A stretch of DNA of 39,185 nucleotides from NCBI GenBank assembly GCA_040380025.1, contig JBEIJY010000025.1:1-39185 (forward strand), given 5' to 3'. Below the pieces are notes generated by a model. It had not been told where the DNA came from and did no database searches. It worked only from the letters and a program-made list of their open reading frames with translations. This DNA is from Bdellovibrionales bacterium. Lineage in GTDB: Bacteria > Bdellovibrionota > UBA1018 > CAIMNF01. A program made the position numbers and the translations under genes. Shown piece after piece: positions 26,296-35,536 of this stretch (within the stretch, counting starts at the first letter, position 1; each line of letters opens with the position of its first letter).

Positions 26296-27720
26296 ATGGA
26301 TTTCAAAAGCAAGGATTATTCGAAATACGGATTCACGACCGACATCGAGGAGGACAGGCTTCCTCCCGGACTCAGTGAAGACACCGTTCGCTTCATTTCA
26401 GAGAAGAAGGGCGAGCCCGCCTTCATGCTCGAATACCGCCTGAAAGCCTTCCGCGCATGGCAAAAAATGAAGGAGCCGGAGTGGGCGCATGTGTCGTATC
26501 CGAAGATCGACTTCCAGGCGATCGCGTATTACTCGGCCCCGAAGCAGAAGCCCAAGTTGAACAGTCTCGACGAGGTCGATCCGAAGCTCCTCGAGACCTA
26601 CGAGAAGCTCGGAATCCCCCTTGACGAGCAGAAGCGCCTTGCGGGGGTTGCGGTCGATGCCGTGTTCGATTCGGTGTCGGTGGTGACGACCCAGCGCGAA
26701 GAGCTGAAGAAGCACGGAATCATTTTTTGTTCGATCTCGGAGGCCCTAAAGGAGCATCCTGAGCTGGTCCGGAAGCACCTCGGATCGGTCGTGCCTCATA
26801 CGGATAATTTTTACGCCGCTCTGAATGCCGCCGTGTTCAGCGACGGATCGTTCGTGTACATCCCGAAAGGGGTGAAGTGCCCGCTCGATCTCTCGACGTA
26901 TTTTCGGATCAACGCGCAGGGAACCGGACAGTTCGAGCGCACCCTGATCGTTGCCGAAGAGGGATCCGAGGTGAGCTACATGGAAGGTTGTACCGCTCCG
27001 ATGCGCGACGAGAATCAGCTCCATGCGGCGACCGTCGAGCTGGTGGCGCTCGAGGGCGCGTACATCAAGTACACCACCGTGCAAAACTGGTACGCGGGCG
27101 ACGAGAACGGGAAGGGCGGAATCTATAATTTCGTCACCAAGCGGGGGCTCTGCAAGGAGCGCAACTCGCGCATCTCGTGGACGCAGGTCGAGGTGGGATC
27201 GTCGATCACGTGGAAGTATCCGAGCTGTGTGCTGGAAGGCGAAGGATCGACCGGGGAGTTTTACTCGGTTGCGATCACGAATGAGCGGATGCAGGCCGAT
27301 ACCGGCACGAAGATGATCCATATCGGAAAAAACACGAAAAGCCGCATTCTCTCGAAAGGCATCTCGACCGGACACGGAAAGAACACCTATCGCGGAGCGG
27401 TCGTGGTGCTTCCCTCGGCCGAAGGGGCGAGGAACCACACCCAGTGCGATTCGCTCTTGATCGGCGACCAGTGCGAGGCGAACACCATTCCCTTCATCGA
27501 GGTGCGGAACCGCACCGCGGTGGTCGAGCACGAGGCGACCGCCTCAAAAGTGAACGAAGAACAGCTTTTTTATTTGCAAGCGCGCGGAATCAACGCCGAG
27601 GAGGCGGTGAAGCTCATCATCAACGGGTACTGCGACGAGGTGTTCAAGCAGCTTCCGATGGAGTTTGCGCTCGAAGCGAATCGCTTGCTCGAACTGAAGC
27701 TCGAAGGATCGGTGGGCTGA
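26296..27720 (+). CDS. sufB: Fe-S cluster assembly protein SufB
   Basis: [37 protein letters not shown] and EHEATASK motifs. Confidence 0.97.
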   Translation: MDFKSKDYSKYGFTTDIEEDRLPPGLSEDTVRFISEKKGEPAFMLEYRLKAFRAWQKMKEPEWAHVSYPKIDFQAIAYYSAPKQKPKLNSLDEVDPKLLETYEKLGIPLDEQKRLAGVAVDAVFDSVSVVTTQREELKKHGIIFCSISEALKEHPELVRKHLGSVVPHTDNFYAALNAAVFSDGSFVYIPKGVKCPLDLSTYFRINAQGTGQFERTLIVAEEGSEVSYMEGCTAPMRDENQLHAATVELVALEGAYIKYTTVQNWYAGDENGKGGIYNFVTKRGLCKERNSRISWTQVEVGSSITWKYPSCVLEGEGSTGEFYSVAITNERMQADTGTKMIHIGKNTKSRILSKGISTGHGKNTYRGAVVVLPSAEGARNHTQCDSLLIGDQCEANTIPFIEVRNRTAVVEHEATASKVNEEQLFYLQARGINAEEAVKLIINGYCDEVFKQLPMEFALEANRLLELKLEGSVG

Positions 27721-27724
27721 GGTC

Positions 27725-28615
27725 TTGAGGCCGATCGTTGTTCCCGGCAAGTTGATCCTGATCGGGGAGTACGGTGTGGTCGAGGGCGGCCGGGCGCTCA
27801 CCTGTGCGCTGAAGCCGGGATATGAGTTCTCTTCGGAATCGCTGGGAGACGCCCATCCTGATTCTCCGGCCGGTCGATTTGCGCGGCGTTTTCGGGACCA
27901 AGACCAAACTGCAAGAATTCCCGCGCTTCGGGGCACCGGTCTCGGGCTCGGATTCGGTTCTTCGACCGCCGAGCTGGTTGCATGCGTCATGGCATCGACC
28001 GGAGAAGCTCCGGAGCTGCACGAGCTTTGGAGTTGGTTTCGGGAGGAGTTTCCGAACATGAGCGGAGCGGATCTCGCGACTCAGGTTTTTGCCGCTTCCA
28101 CGGGGGTGTTTGCCGCTTCCGCAGGCAGTTCGGTATTCCGGATTCCACAAAAAGGGCAGATTCAAATCGTTCCTGAAATCTCTTCTTCTGTTCGGTCGCT
28201 CCGCGTGTTCCGCACTCCGGCAGACCGGAAGCAAAAAACCCATGAGGATCTGGCCCTTCGTCGCGAGCCGGTCTCGGTATCGGAACTCGACCGGCTGGTA
28301 TTGCGGCTTGAGAATGCGATCGCCTCTGACCGGATCGAGGAGTTTCGGGTTCTTTCGGAGTTCGCAAATGAACTTCGAGCGACCGGTCGGGAAAGCGCGT
28401 TTTCGTCAGCAGTGCGGCGGGATTTTGAGTCGGTGGACGGGGTTGTCGGGGCAAAGGGCTGTGGAGCGGGACTTCATGATGTGTTCCTCGTGGCGGCGGA
28501 TTTCGACACAAGAAATGACTCAAAAATCGACACCAAAATTGAACATGAACTGAACCAGGTTGCTCTTCGGCACGGGTTGCATTCGCTTGGCACCTTGGGA
28601 GGGCTCTTATGGTGA
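27725..28615 (+). CDS. GHMP kinase, probable phosphomevalonate kinase
   Basis: PGKLILIGEY, GLGFGSS, SGADL and AKGCGAG..D motifs; clustered with mvaD and mevalonate kinase. Confidence 0.7.
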   Translation: MRPIVVPGKLILIGEYGVVEGGRALTCALKPGYEFSSESLGDAHPDSPAGRFARRFRDQDQTARIPALRGTGLGLGFGSSTAELVACVMASTGEAPELHELWSWFREEFPNMSGADLATQVFAASTGVFAASAGSSVFRIPQKGQIQIVPEISSSVRSLRVFRTPADRKQKTHEDLALRREPVSVSELDRLVLRLENAIASDRIEEFRVLSEFANELRATGRESAFSSAVRRDFESVDGVVGAKGCGAGLHDVFLVAADFDTRNDSKIDTKIEHELNQVALRHGLHSLGTLGGLLW

Positions 28616-29658
28616 TCGTGTTTGCGCCGGTGAACATTGCGTGGATCAAGTACATGGGGAAAAATCGGAGTGGGCCCGTTCACGGGCCAACCAACAGCTC
28701 CTTCTCGATGACGCTCGCGGATTTGGGCACCACGACCACCATTTTTGGTTTGGATCCGGGCGTGCCGCTTTCGTTCACATTCGAGGGAAGCCCCTACGTT
28801 CCGCCCGAAACCGGACGAAAAAAAGCGGAACGGTTTCTTTCAGACACGGCTCCTTTTTTTGCGATTCTCCGAGAAGCCGGAATCGAGCCCAAGGCACCGA
28901 AAGGTCTTTACTCCATTCACACTTCGAATTCGGTGCCGGCAGGAACAGGCATTGCCACGAGTGCGTCCGGCTTTGCGGCCCTGACCCTTGCGTGGTTCGG
29001 GGTTCTCTCGGGAGATCGTCTTTCGGAGTTTCGGGCGCGCTATGATGCCGATCCGGAGTTCCGATCGAAGATCGCGAGAGTCTCGGCGCTCGGGTCCGGC
29101 AGCGCCTGCCGGTCGTTTCATGGTCCCTTTGTGGAATGGAAGAGTTCGGGGGAGGTGATCGGGTTCCCCGGAGCCGATGCGGCGGGCATCGAGAAATTTG
29201 TCGATTTCGTTTTGATTCTCGAGAGCCATGCGAAGGCCGTTCCGTCGAGCGAGGCGCATGAGCGGGTTCGGACTTCGCCTGATTTCGAAGGCCGCCCGGA
29301 ACGGGCCGAGCGTCGACTTGCGTTGGTGAAGCAGGCGCTTGGGTTGCGGGACCGCGAGACTCTTGCGCGCCTGGTGCTGGAAGAGGCGGTCGACATGCAC
29401 GGGTTGTTTCATACGAGTGTTCCGCCGTTTCGCTACCAGAATGCCGAGTCCGAAGAATGGATCAGGCGGGTGAGGGAGGGGGACCCCGGGCTTCCCTCGC
29501 GGAATGCGATTCTGACCCTCGATGCCGGGGCGAATGTGCACGTGTTTGTGCCCGAAGAAGAAGCGAGCGCATGGAGCGGGTATTTTCGAACCTCGGGAGT
29601 GAGGTTCGAGAGCTCCCGGGCCGGGGAAGGAGCGCGATTTGTCGACACGAGTCAGTGA
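28609..29658 (+). CDS. mvaD: Diphosphomevalonate decarboxylase
   Basis: APVNIAWIKYMGK, GIATSASGFAAL, GSGSACRS and TLDAGANVH motifs. Confidence 0.92.
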   Translation: MVIVFAPVNIAWIKYMGKNRSGPVHGPTNSSFSMTLADLGTTTTIFGLDPGVPLSFTFEGSPYVPPETGRKKAERFLSDTAPFFAILREAGIEPKAPKGLYSIHTSNSVPAGTGIATSASGFAALTLAWFGVLSGDRLSEFRARYDADPEFRSKIARVSALGSGSACRSFHGPFVEWKSSGEVIGFPGADAAGIEKFVDFVLILESHAKAVPSSEAHERVRTSPDFEGRPERAERRLALVKQALGLRDRETLARLVLEEAVDMHGLFHTSVPPFRYQNAESEEWIRRVREGDPGLPSRNAILTLDAGANVHVFVPEEEASAWSGYFRTSGVRFESSRAGEGARFVDTSQ

Positions 29659-30514
29659 GTTCAGCATTGAGGTCCCGGCAAAATGGGTCTTGAGCGGCGA
29701 ACACAGCGTGCTTCGCGGCAAGTCTGCGGTCGCGTTTCCGCTCCCGCGGTTTTCGTTGAAGCTCTCGGTGCAAAAAAAGAAAACCCTGTCGATTTCTCCG
29801 AATCCGTTCCAGTCGCAGATTCGCAGTCTGATCGGTCGCGCCCTCGAGTTTCTGAATGCCGATCCCGAGCGCTTCACCGAGGGAGAAATCGCGATCGAGA
29901 GCAACATTCCGATCGGAGCGGGCCTCGGATCGTCCGCCGCGCTTTGCGTGGCCATTGCCCGGCTTGCGATCTGGAAGACGGGGTCGGATCTCGCCAGGTG
30001 GATTCCCCTCGCCACGCGCCTCGAGGATGTGTTTCATGGCAAAAGCAGTGGAATGGATGTGAATGCCATCGCCCACGGAAAGCCGATTTTGTTCTCGGTC
30101 GATGAGGGCGCACGGCCCTTGGAGGGACTGGCGTCGCTTCCGGCGTTCGCGTTTTATGATTCGGGCATTCGCGGGAACACCCGCGATTGCATCGAGCGCG
30201 TGAAGCATTGGCAGGCACAGCATCCGCACTTGAAGGATCGCTTCGATACCCAAATGCAAGAGGCAAGCGACCTCGCGCGGTCGGGGCTCTTGGAATATCA
30301 GAAAAACCGCGAAGCGGGATTGCGATTGATCCGCCGCTCCATGGAGCTTTCGGAGGAGTGCCTCGAGACCTGGGGCCTCGTGACCCCGGAGCTTTTGAAT
30401 CAAAAATCGGATCTTCTGCGTCAGGGGGCCCTTGCGGTAAAATTGACCGGAGCGGGTCTGGGCGGGTTCTGGGTCGCGCTCTGGGCAGAGGAATCAAGGG
30501 ATCTTGACAAGTAG
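29639..30514 (+). CDS. mvk: Mevalonate kinase
   Basis: PAKWVLSGEHSV, PIGAGLGSSAA, EDVFHGKSSGMD and KLTGAGLGG motifs; TTG start with AGGAG RBS. Confidence 0.88.
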   Translation: MSTRVSEFSIEVPAKWVLSGEHSVLRGKSAVAFPLPRFSLKLSVQKKKTLSISPNPFQSQIRSLIGRALEFLNADPERFTEGEIAIESNIPIGAGLGSSAALCVAIARLAIWKTGSDLARWIPLATRLEDVFHGKSSGMDVNAIAHGKPILFSVDEGARPLEGLASLPAFAFYDSGIRGNTRDCIERVKHWQAQHPHLKDRFDTQMQEASDLARSGLLEYQKNREAGLRLIRRSMELSEECLETWGLVTPELLNQKSDLLRQGALAVKLTGAGLGGFWVALWAEESRDLDK

Positions 30515-30530
30515 GGATATGACCTCATTA
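30503..30530 (+). promoter_or_regulatory. Putative sigma-32 (heat-shock) promoter of htpX
   Basis: CTTGAC, 14 bp, CCTCATTA versus consensus CTTGAA-N13-16-CCCCATNT; a sigma-70 reading (TTGACA) is also possible. Confidence 0.5.
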
Positions 30531-30561
30531 TTTCATTCGAAAGAACCAAAGGAGAGTTTCT

Positions 30562-31479
30562 ATGTGGTTTAAACGGATTGCGTTGTTTCTTCTGACCAAC
30601 ATTCTGGTGATGATCACCGTGTCGCTGATTCTGAACTTTTTCGGAGTGAGCGGATACATGTCGAACGCCTACGGGATCGACTACCAGAGCCTCGCGGTGT
30701 TCTGCCTGGTTTGGGGGATGACCGGATCGTTCATTTCTCTGCTTCTTTCGCGCTTCATGGCGAAGAAGATGATGGGCGTCGAGGTCATCGATTCTGCAAC
30801 CCGCGATCCCCAGCTTCAGTGGCTGGTGCAAACCGTATATGACCATGCCCGCGCCGCGGGACTCACCACCATGCCCGAGGTGGGAATTTATGATTCTCCC
30901 GATTTGAACGCATTTGCGACAGGTCCCACGAAATCGCGCTCGTTGGTGGCCGTTTCGACGGGCTTGCTCTCGCGCATGAGCCGCGACGAGGTCGAAGGCG
31001 TCATCGGTCACGAGGTGGCCCACATTGCGAACGGCGACATGGTGACCCTCACCCTCCTGCAGGGGATCGTGAACGCGTTCGTGATGTTCCTTGCCCGGGT
31101 TCTCGCCTTCCTGATCGGGAATGCGCTCCGGGGCAATGATCGCGAAGAAAAAGGCTCTTCGCCGTTTCTTCAGTACATCCTGGTGCAGGTCTTCGAAGTG
31201 GTGCTCATGATTCTGGGCTCGATGGTCGTCGCCTGGTTCTCGCGCTACCGCGAATTCCGCGCCGATGCCGGCTCGGCCAAGATCGCAGGGCGGGACAAAA
31301 TGATCCGCGCGCTCAAGAAGCTCCAGCTCGCCTACGAAATGCCGCTCGAAGAAGAAGCGCCCGCGCAGATGCAGGCCTTCCAGATCTCTTCGCGCCGCGG
31401 AGGCTTCCTTGCCCTGTTCTCCTCGCATCCGCCGCTTGCGGATCGCATCGAGGCGCTCGAGAACCTTCGCGGGTATTGA
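30562..31479 (+). CDS. htpX: Membrane zinc metalloprotease HtpX
   Basis: KRIALFLLTN, NAFATG, GHEVAHIANGDMVT, SRYREFRADAG and SHPPLADRI motifs; RBS AGGAG. Confidence 0.96.
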   Translation: MWFKRIALFLLTNILVMITVSLILNFFGVSGYMSNAYGIDYQSLAVFCLVWGMTGSFISLLLSRFMAKKMMGVEVIDSATRDPQLQWLVQTVYDHARAAGLTTMPEVGIYDSPDLNAFATGPTKSRSLVAVSTGLLSRMSRDEVEGVIGHEVAHIANGDMVTLTLLQGIVNAFVMFLARVLAFLIGNALRGNDREEKGSSPFLQYILVQVFEVVLMILGSMVVAWFSRYREFRADAGSAKIAGRDKMIRALKKLQLAYEMPLEEEAPAQMQAFQISSRRGGFLALFSSHPPLADRIEALENLRGY

Positions 31480-31491
31480 TTCAGGGCTGGA

Positions 31492-32550
31492 TCAGAGTCC
31501 GGGGCGCCCTTGCAAGAGGAGCACGTCCTGAAGGAGTGCTTCCATGTTCCGTGCCGGCTTCTCGGCGTTCGGGAAGTCCCGCGCATAGCGGATGAGCGCG
31601 CTCAAAACGGGTTCGAAGTTCAAGATCCATGAATCCTGGCTCTCGAAGATCCGCTCTTTCGAGCGAAGAAGATCGATCGCAAGGCGGTGGGTCACTCCCG
31701 CCAGATGAAAAAACGAATCAATCGAAGTCGGATCGACGCTCAGATGCGAGCAGATCAGCGTCTGCGCGCGGATCAGGGACTCGAAGCGTGCCTTCGGCGA
31801 TGCGATCTTCTTTGCCGCTTCGAGGTTGAACCCGCGGAGCTGGTCCTCGATTTGCTTCCGCCCCGCGGAGAGGTCATCGCTCACCCGAAGATCGGCCAGG
31901 GTCTGCAAGAAAAGCTCGCGTCCCTCGAGGCCGACGGGGTTCAGCACGGTTTTCAGCGAAAACACCTGCACGGCTCCTTTCGGTGTGATCACCGCATAGC
32001 GATCGATCCGGTGGGTGGGCATCAGGAGGGTCATGCGGACTCCCTGTGCGCCGGTCGAAACCGGACTTTCAAACCACGCGATCCCGGAGAGGTGTTTTTC
32101 GAGTGATTTTTTTTCGGGGAACACGCGGGACCAGAACCGGTTTTTTTCTTCTTTGCACGAAAGGCGTCGCGTGAAGCAGGACTTCCATCGCTCCAGAGGA
32201 GTGTTGGGAGAAACCGTGGTCGGGCCGAAGAGGGTCAGCTCGACATCGACGGGGCGCCAGATCTGGGTCATTTGATCGAGGAACTTGTCGGGCGGGCCTT
32301 TTCGGTATGTCAGACGGGTGACGATGGGTTCGCCCCGAAAGGTGCCGGGCCAGGGGCCGAGCGTGTGGCCGAAGGGAAGGATTTGGTTTTTTTCGATGCG
32401 GTCTTCCCCGATGGAGGCGGTGGAAGTGGCCGCCAAAAACTCGGTTTTCAGGGGCTGATCGAGGGGCGAGGATCGAAAAAACAGGAACAGACCCGCGATG
32501 ACGGTCAAAAGAAAAATCCCCGTGAGCGCTCTTCTGGATTTCATCTTCAC
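31492..32550 (-). CDS. Hypothetical membrane-anchored protein
   Basis: 352-aa ORF with a single N-terminal TM and a helical, TPR-like C-terminus; fills the gap between htpX and the motA-like gene. Confidence 0.65.
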   Translation of the reverse strand: MKMKSRRALTGIFLLTVIAGLFLFFRSSPLDQPLKTEFLAATSTASIGEDRIEKNQILPFGHTLGPWPGTFRGEPIVTRLTYRKGPPDKFLDQMTQIWRPVDVELTLFGPTTVSPNTPLERWKSCFTRRLSCKEEKNRFWSRVFPEKKSLEKHLSGIAWFESPVSTGAQGVRMTLLMPTHRIDRYAVITPKGAVQVFSLKTVLNPVGLEGRELFLQTLADLRVSDDLSAGRKQIEDQLRGFNLEAAKKIASPKARFESLIRAQTLICSHLSVDPTSIDSFFHLAGVTHRLAIDLLRSKERIFESQDSWILNFEPVLSALIRYARDFPNAEKPARNMEALLQDVLLLQGRPGL

Positions 32551-32569
32551 TTAGGGTACACTAAAGGAC

Positions 32570-33319
32570 ATGGTGTTCAAGGGATTCGCGGTTCTTGCGC
32601 TGGTTGCGTTTTTGTCCCTCACGTCCCAAGCCTCTTCGGCGCCGCCCGGGGCGCTTTTTTTCATTCTGATTTTGACTGCGCTTTCTCTCGGGTTTCTTGC
32701 GGTTTTTTTGTTCCTGATGCCCCCGGGGTTCGCGAACGAGGTATGGACCCCGCTCAAGAGCCCGCTTCCGGATTCTCCCGAGTCCCTCGCCCGTCAGCTC
32801 GAGTCGATCGCCGCGGTGATCCGGCAGGATGGTCTGCTCGCAATCGAGGGTCAGCGAAAGGATCTGCGGAATCCCGAGCTCAGGCTTCTTTTGAAGCGGA
32901 TCATGGACGGGTTCGAGAGCAAGGACTTGTTGCCCTTGATTGCGAATCAGGCGCGGAAGCGGGAGGAGCTCGTGGACGAGGCCTCGGCCGTGCTGCGAAG
33001 ATTCCACGGATTTTTGCCCCAGGCGGGATTGATCCAGAGCCTGATTTTGATGGTGGCGGTGCTCTCGGGGCCGAGGCCCGGGCCGCAGGGCATCGGAATG
33101 GCTCACACGCTGCTTCCGTTCGGGATTTCGCTTTTGTTCCAGATTCCGATCGAGTCCTGGATCGAGAATTTGCTCGATCAGAAAAAAAAGGAATCGCGTT
33201 TGTATTTTGCGGTCATGGAAGAAGGCGTGACCGGGATTCAAGTTGGGCAGAATCCGGAGCTGTTGGGGGATCGCATTCGTTCCCGCATCTCGGCCGCTCC
33301 GCTCCGGAGGGAAAACTAA
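32570..33319 (+). CDS. Divergent MotA/PomA-family stator subunit
   Basis: Two N-terminal TMs, IRQDGLLAIE, RIMDG, LPQAGLI and EEGVTGIQVGQNPELL match the MotA layout. Confidence 0.78.
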   Translation: MVFKGFAVLALVAFLSLTSQASSAPPGALFFILILTALSLGFLAVFLFLMPPGFANEVWTPLKSPLPDSPESLARQLESIAAVIRQDGLLAIEGQRKDLRNPELRLLLKRIMDGFESKDLLPLIANQARKREELVDEASAVLRRFHGFLPQAGLIQSLILMVAVLSGPRPGPQGIGMAHTLLPFGISLLFQIPIESWIENLLDQKKKESRLYFAVMEEGVTGIQVGQNPELLGDRIRSRISAAPLRREN

Positions 33320-33322
33320 GGC

Positions 33323-33907
33323 ATGCGTCGCCCGGTGGTGGACCAAGGGCTTTTTTTGATCGCGTTCGCCCTGTTCGCCGATGCGAAGCTTCAGGCGGTG
33401 TCTGGTCCTGCGAGCGCCAGTGCCGGGGGGGCAAGCCCCGAAGTTTCTGCCTCGCACGCGCCGGTGCGGACGGTTTCGTTGTCGATCGAGATGCTCCGGC
33501 AGGAATTGGCCCTGATGCCGATTTTTCGGGCGAATCTGCCGGGACTCGGGTTCTCGGTCCGGTCCGGGGGGATTTCGATCGTGCTTCAGGGCGAGGAGCT
33601 GTATCGCGATGACTCCGGGGAGCTCGAAGCGGTCTGGCACAGCCCCCTTGAGGCGATGGGAGATGCCGTGTATGGCCACCTCGATGAGGGTTTGGCTTTG
33701 ACCATCGTCGGTTACGGAGGCAGGACGGACAAAGAGGGGGTGGGTCTCGGGGAACTCCGCGCCCGCTGGGTGAAGAGCTTTTTGGAGGAGCGGTTTTTGC
33801 GGCAGGGCAGGGATTCGAGTGCGGCCGTGGTGCTGATGGACGGTGGGGCCCCGCCCGCGGGCGGCCAGATGCTCGAGCTTCGTGTGTCGCCTGTGATCCG
33901 GGATTGA
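33323..33907 (+). CDS. Divergent MotB-like protein with degenerate OmpA-like domain
   Basis: Single TM VDQGLFLIAF, GISIVLQGEELY..DSGEL, IVGYGG and LGELRARWVKSFL; directly follows the motA-like gene. Confidence 0.65.
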   Translation: MRRPVVDQGLFLIAFALFADAKLQAVSGPASASAGGASPEVSASHAPVRTVSLSIEMLRQELALMPIFRANLPGLGFSVRSGGISIVLQGEELYRDDSGELEAVWHSPLEAMGDAVYGHLDEGLALTIVGYGGRTDKEGVGLGELRARWVKSFLEERFLRQGRDSSAAVVLMDGGAPPAGGQMLELRVSPVIRD

Positions 33908-33920
33908 GCTCAAATTCAGC

Positions 33921-33947
33921 TCAAGTTTTTGACGCTGTCTCCGATCA
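33921..33947 (+). promoter_or_regulatory. Sigma-28 (FliA)-type promoter of the diguanylate cyclase
   Basis: TCAA-GTTTTTGACGCTGTC (15 bp)-TCCGATCA, matching TAAAGTTT-N11-GCCGATAA spacing, 8 bp before ATG 33956. Confidence 0.6.
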
Positions 33948-33955
33948 GAAGGGAG

Positions 33956-34954
33956 ATGAGTCGATCACCGAAGTCCAAGCACGATATTCTTCATGAGCTC
34001 TTCGACGGGCGCTTGGTCGGCGGCACGCTCTCGGAGCTTGCCAGCTATGCCGATCTCTTCAAGCGCATGTCGGAATCGGTGTTCTTGCTCGATCGTCATT
34101 CGTTTCGGGTGCTCGAGTGCAACGGAGCGGCGCTTGCGCTCCTTGAGCGCGAAGAATCCGAGATCCTGGGTGTCGAACTGCCTGTTCTGCTTCATTCAGG
34201 AGAGGAGCTGGGCGCGCGACTTAGGGAAGGGTTTTTGCCGCGGGAACTGAGCCATCATACCGACCGGGGCGACGAGCGGATTTTTGAGATTTCGGCAACA
34301 CCGCTCAAGATTCTCGATTACATCGAGGTGATTCAGTTCATCGCGCGCGACATCACCGAGGTCAGGCGCGCCGAGCGGGAGCTCCGCGAGATGAACGAGG
34401 TGCTTCGGACCCTCTCGACCACAGACGAGATGACCCGTCTTAAAAATTACCGCTACTTCAAAGAAGTCCTGCAGGCTGTGCACCATCATGCGGAAGGCGC
34501 GAACGGCGAATACGGCCTGATTTTCGTCGATGTCGACCACTTCAAGAAGTTCAATGACCGGAACGGCCATCCGGCCGGCGATGCGCTTTTGCTGCAAATC
34601 GCGGGCATTCTGTTGAACTGCGCGCGGAGCCAGGATCTGCCCGCCCGTTACGGCGGCGAGGAGTTCGTGGTTCTTTGCCGCAATTCCTCGCTCGACGAGA
34701 CCGCGCATCAGGCCGAGGTGATTCGAGGCACGATCGAGCGCACGGGGTTTCCGTTCGGGGAGTTCCAGCCGCTCGGTAAGATCAGTGTCAGCATCGGGGT
34801 CTCGGGCTTTCCGGGCGTTCAAGGCAGTTATGAAGAGGTGCTTCAGAGCGCCGATCAGGCCCTGTACGGGTCAAAAGAACAGGGCCGGAACCGCGTGACG
34901 TTATTTCAAGGGGTTCCGGGAGCCCCCCTGCACGGCAAAAAGAAAGCGTCTTAA
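33956..34954 (+). CDS. PAS-GGDEF diguanylate cyclase
   Basis: PAS-like N-terminus ending ARDITE; DVDHFKKFNDRNGHPAGD; RSQD I-site five residues before the active-site GGEEF. Confidence 0.93.
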   Translation: MSRSPKSKHDILHELFDGRLVGGTLSELASYADLFKRMSESVFLLDRHSFRVLECNGAALALLEREESEILGVELPVLLHSGEELGARLREGFLPRELSHHTDRGDERIFEISATPLKILDYIEVIQFIARDITEVRRAERELREMNEVLRTLSTTDEMTRLKNYRYFKEVLQAVHHHAEGANGEYGLIFVDVDHFKKFNDRNGHPAGDALLLQIAGILLNCARSQDLPARYGGEEFVVLCRNSSLDETAHQAEVIRGTIERTGFPFGEFQPLGKISVSIGVSGFPGVQGSYEEVLQSADQALYGSKEQGRNRVTLFQGVPGAPLHGKKKAS

Positions 34955-34987
34955 CGGATTCGGGCTCCGGTGGTAAAGTAGTCCGAT

Positions 34988-35536
34988 ATGGCCATCCGAA
35001 AAGTCGCCCGCATGGGGCACCCCGTGCTCCGAAAAAAAGCCCGCGAGCTCAGCAAAGAAGAGATCCTCGCGCCTTCCTTCAAAACTTTCTTGAATGACCT
35101 GTTCGAGACCATGGTCGAGTACGAGGGCGTGGGACTTGCGGCGCCGCAGGTCCACGAGTCGATTGCGGTGGCGATCGTGCAATACCCCGTCGATGCCGAG
35201 CCGGTGGTGGTGATCAATCCGAAGATCACGGTGCTCGATGAGGCCACGCAAGGATTCTGGGAGGGATGCCTTTCGATTCCCGAGATTCGCGGTCTCGTGT
35301 ATCGCCCGAGAAAAATCCGCGTCGATTATTTGGACCTTCACGCCAAGCCGCAAACCGTGACCGTCGAGGGCTTCGGGGCCACGGTGTTTCAGCACGAGCT
35401 CGATCACCTCGCAGGAGTTCTTTTTGTGGACCGGATCGAATACCGCCCGGGGGAGTCTCCGATCGCGTTTGTCGAGGAGTTCTCGCGATTCCACGCCCCG
35501 ACCGACGATGACGACGTGGGCGTGCTCGATGATTGA
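34988..35536 (+). CDS. def: Peptide deformylase
   Basis: GVGLAAPQ, EGCLS and QHELDHL motifs. Confidence 0.96.
   Translation: MAIRKVARMGHPVLRKKARELSKEEILAPSFKTFLNDLFETMVEYEGVGLAAPQVHESIAVAIVQYPVDAEPVVVINPKITVLDEATQGFWEGCLSIPEIRGLVYRPRKIRVDYLDLHAKPQTVTVEGFGATVFQHELDHLAGVLFVDRIEYRPGESPIAFVEEFSRFHAPTDDDDVGVLDD

Noticed and set aside
32570..33907. Zorya (ZorAB) anti-phage system
   Set aside because: The A subunit lacks the long ZorA cytoplasmic tail, retains flagellar-type motifs, and no zorC/D/E-like genes are adjacent.
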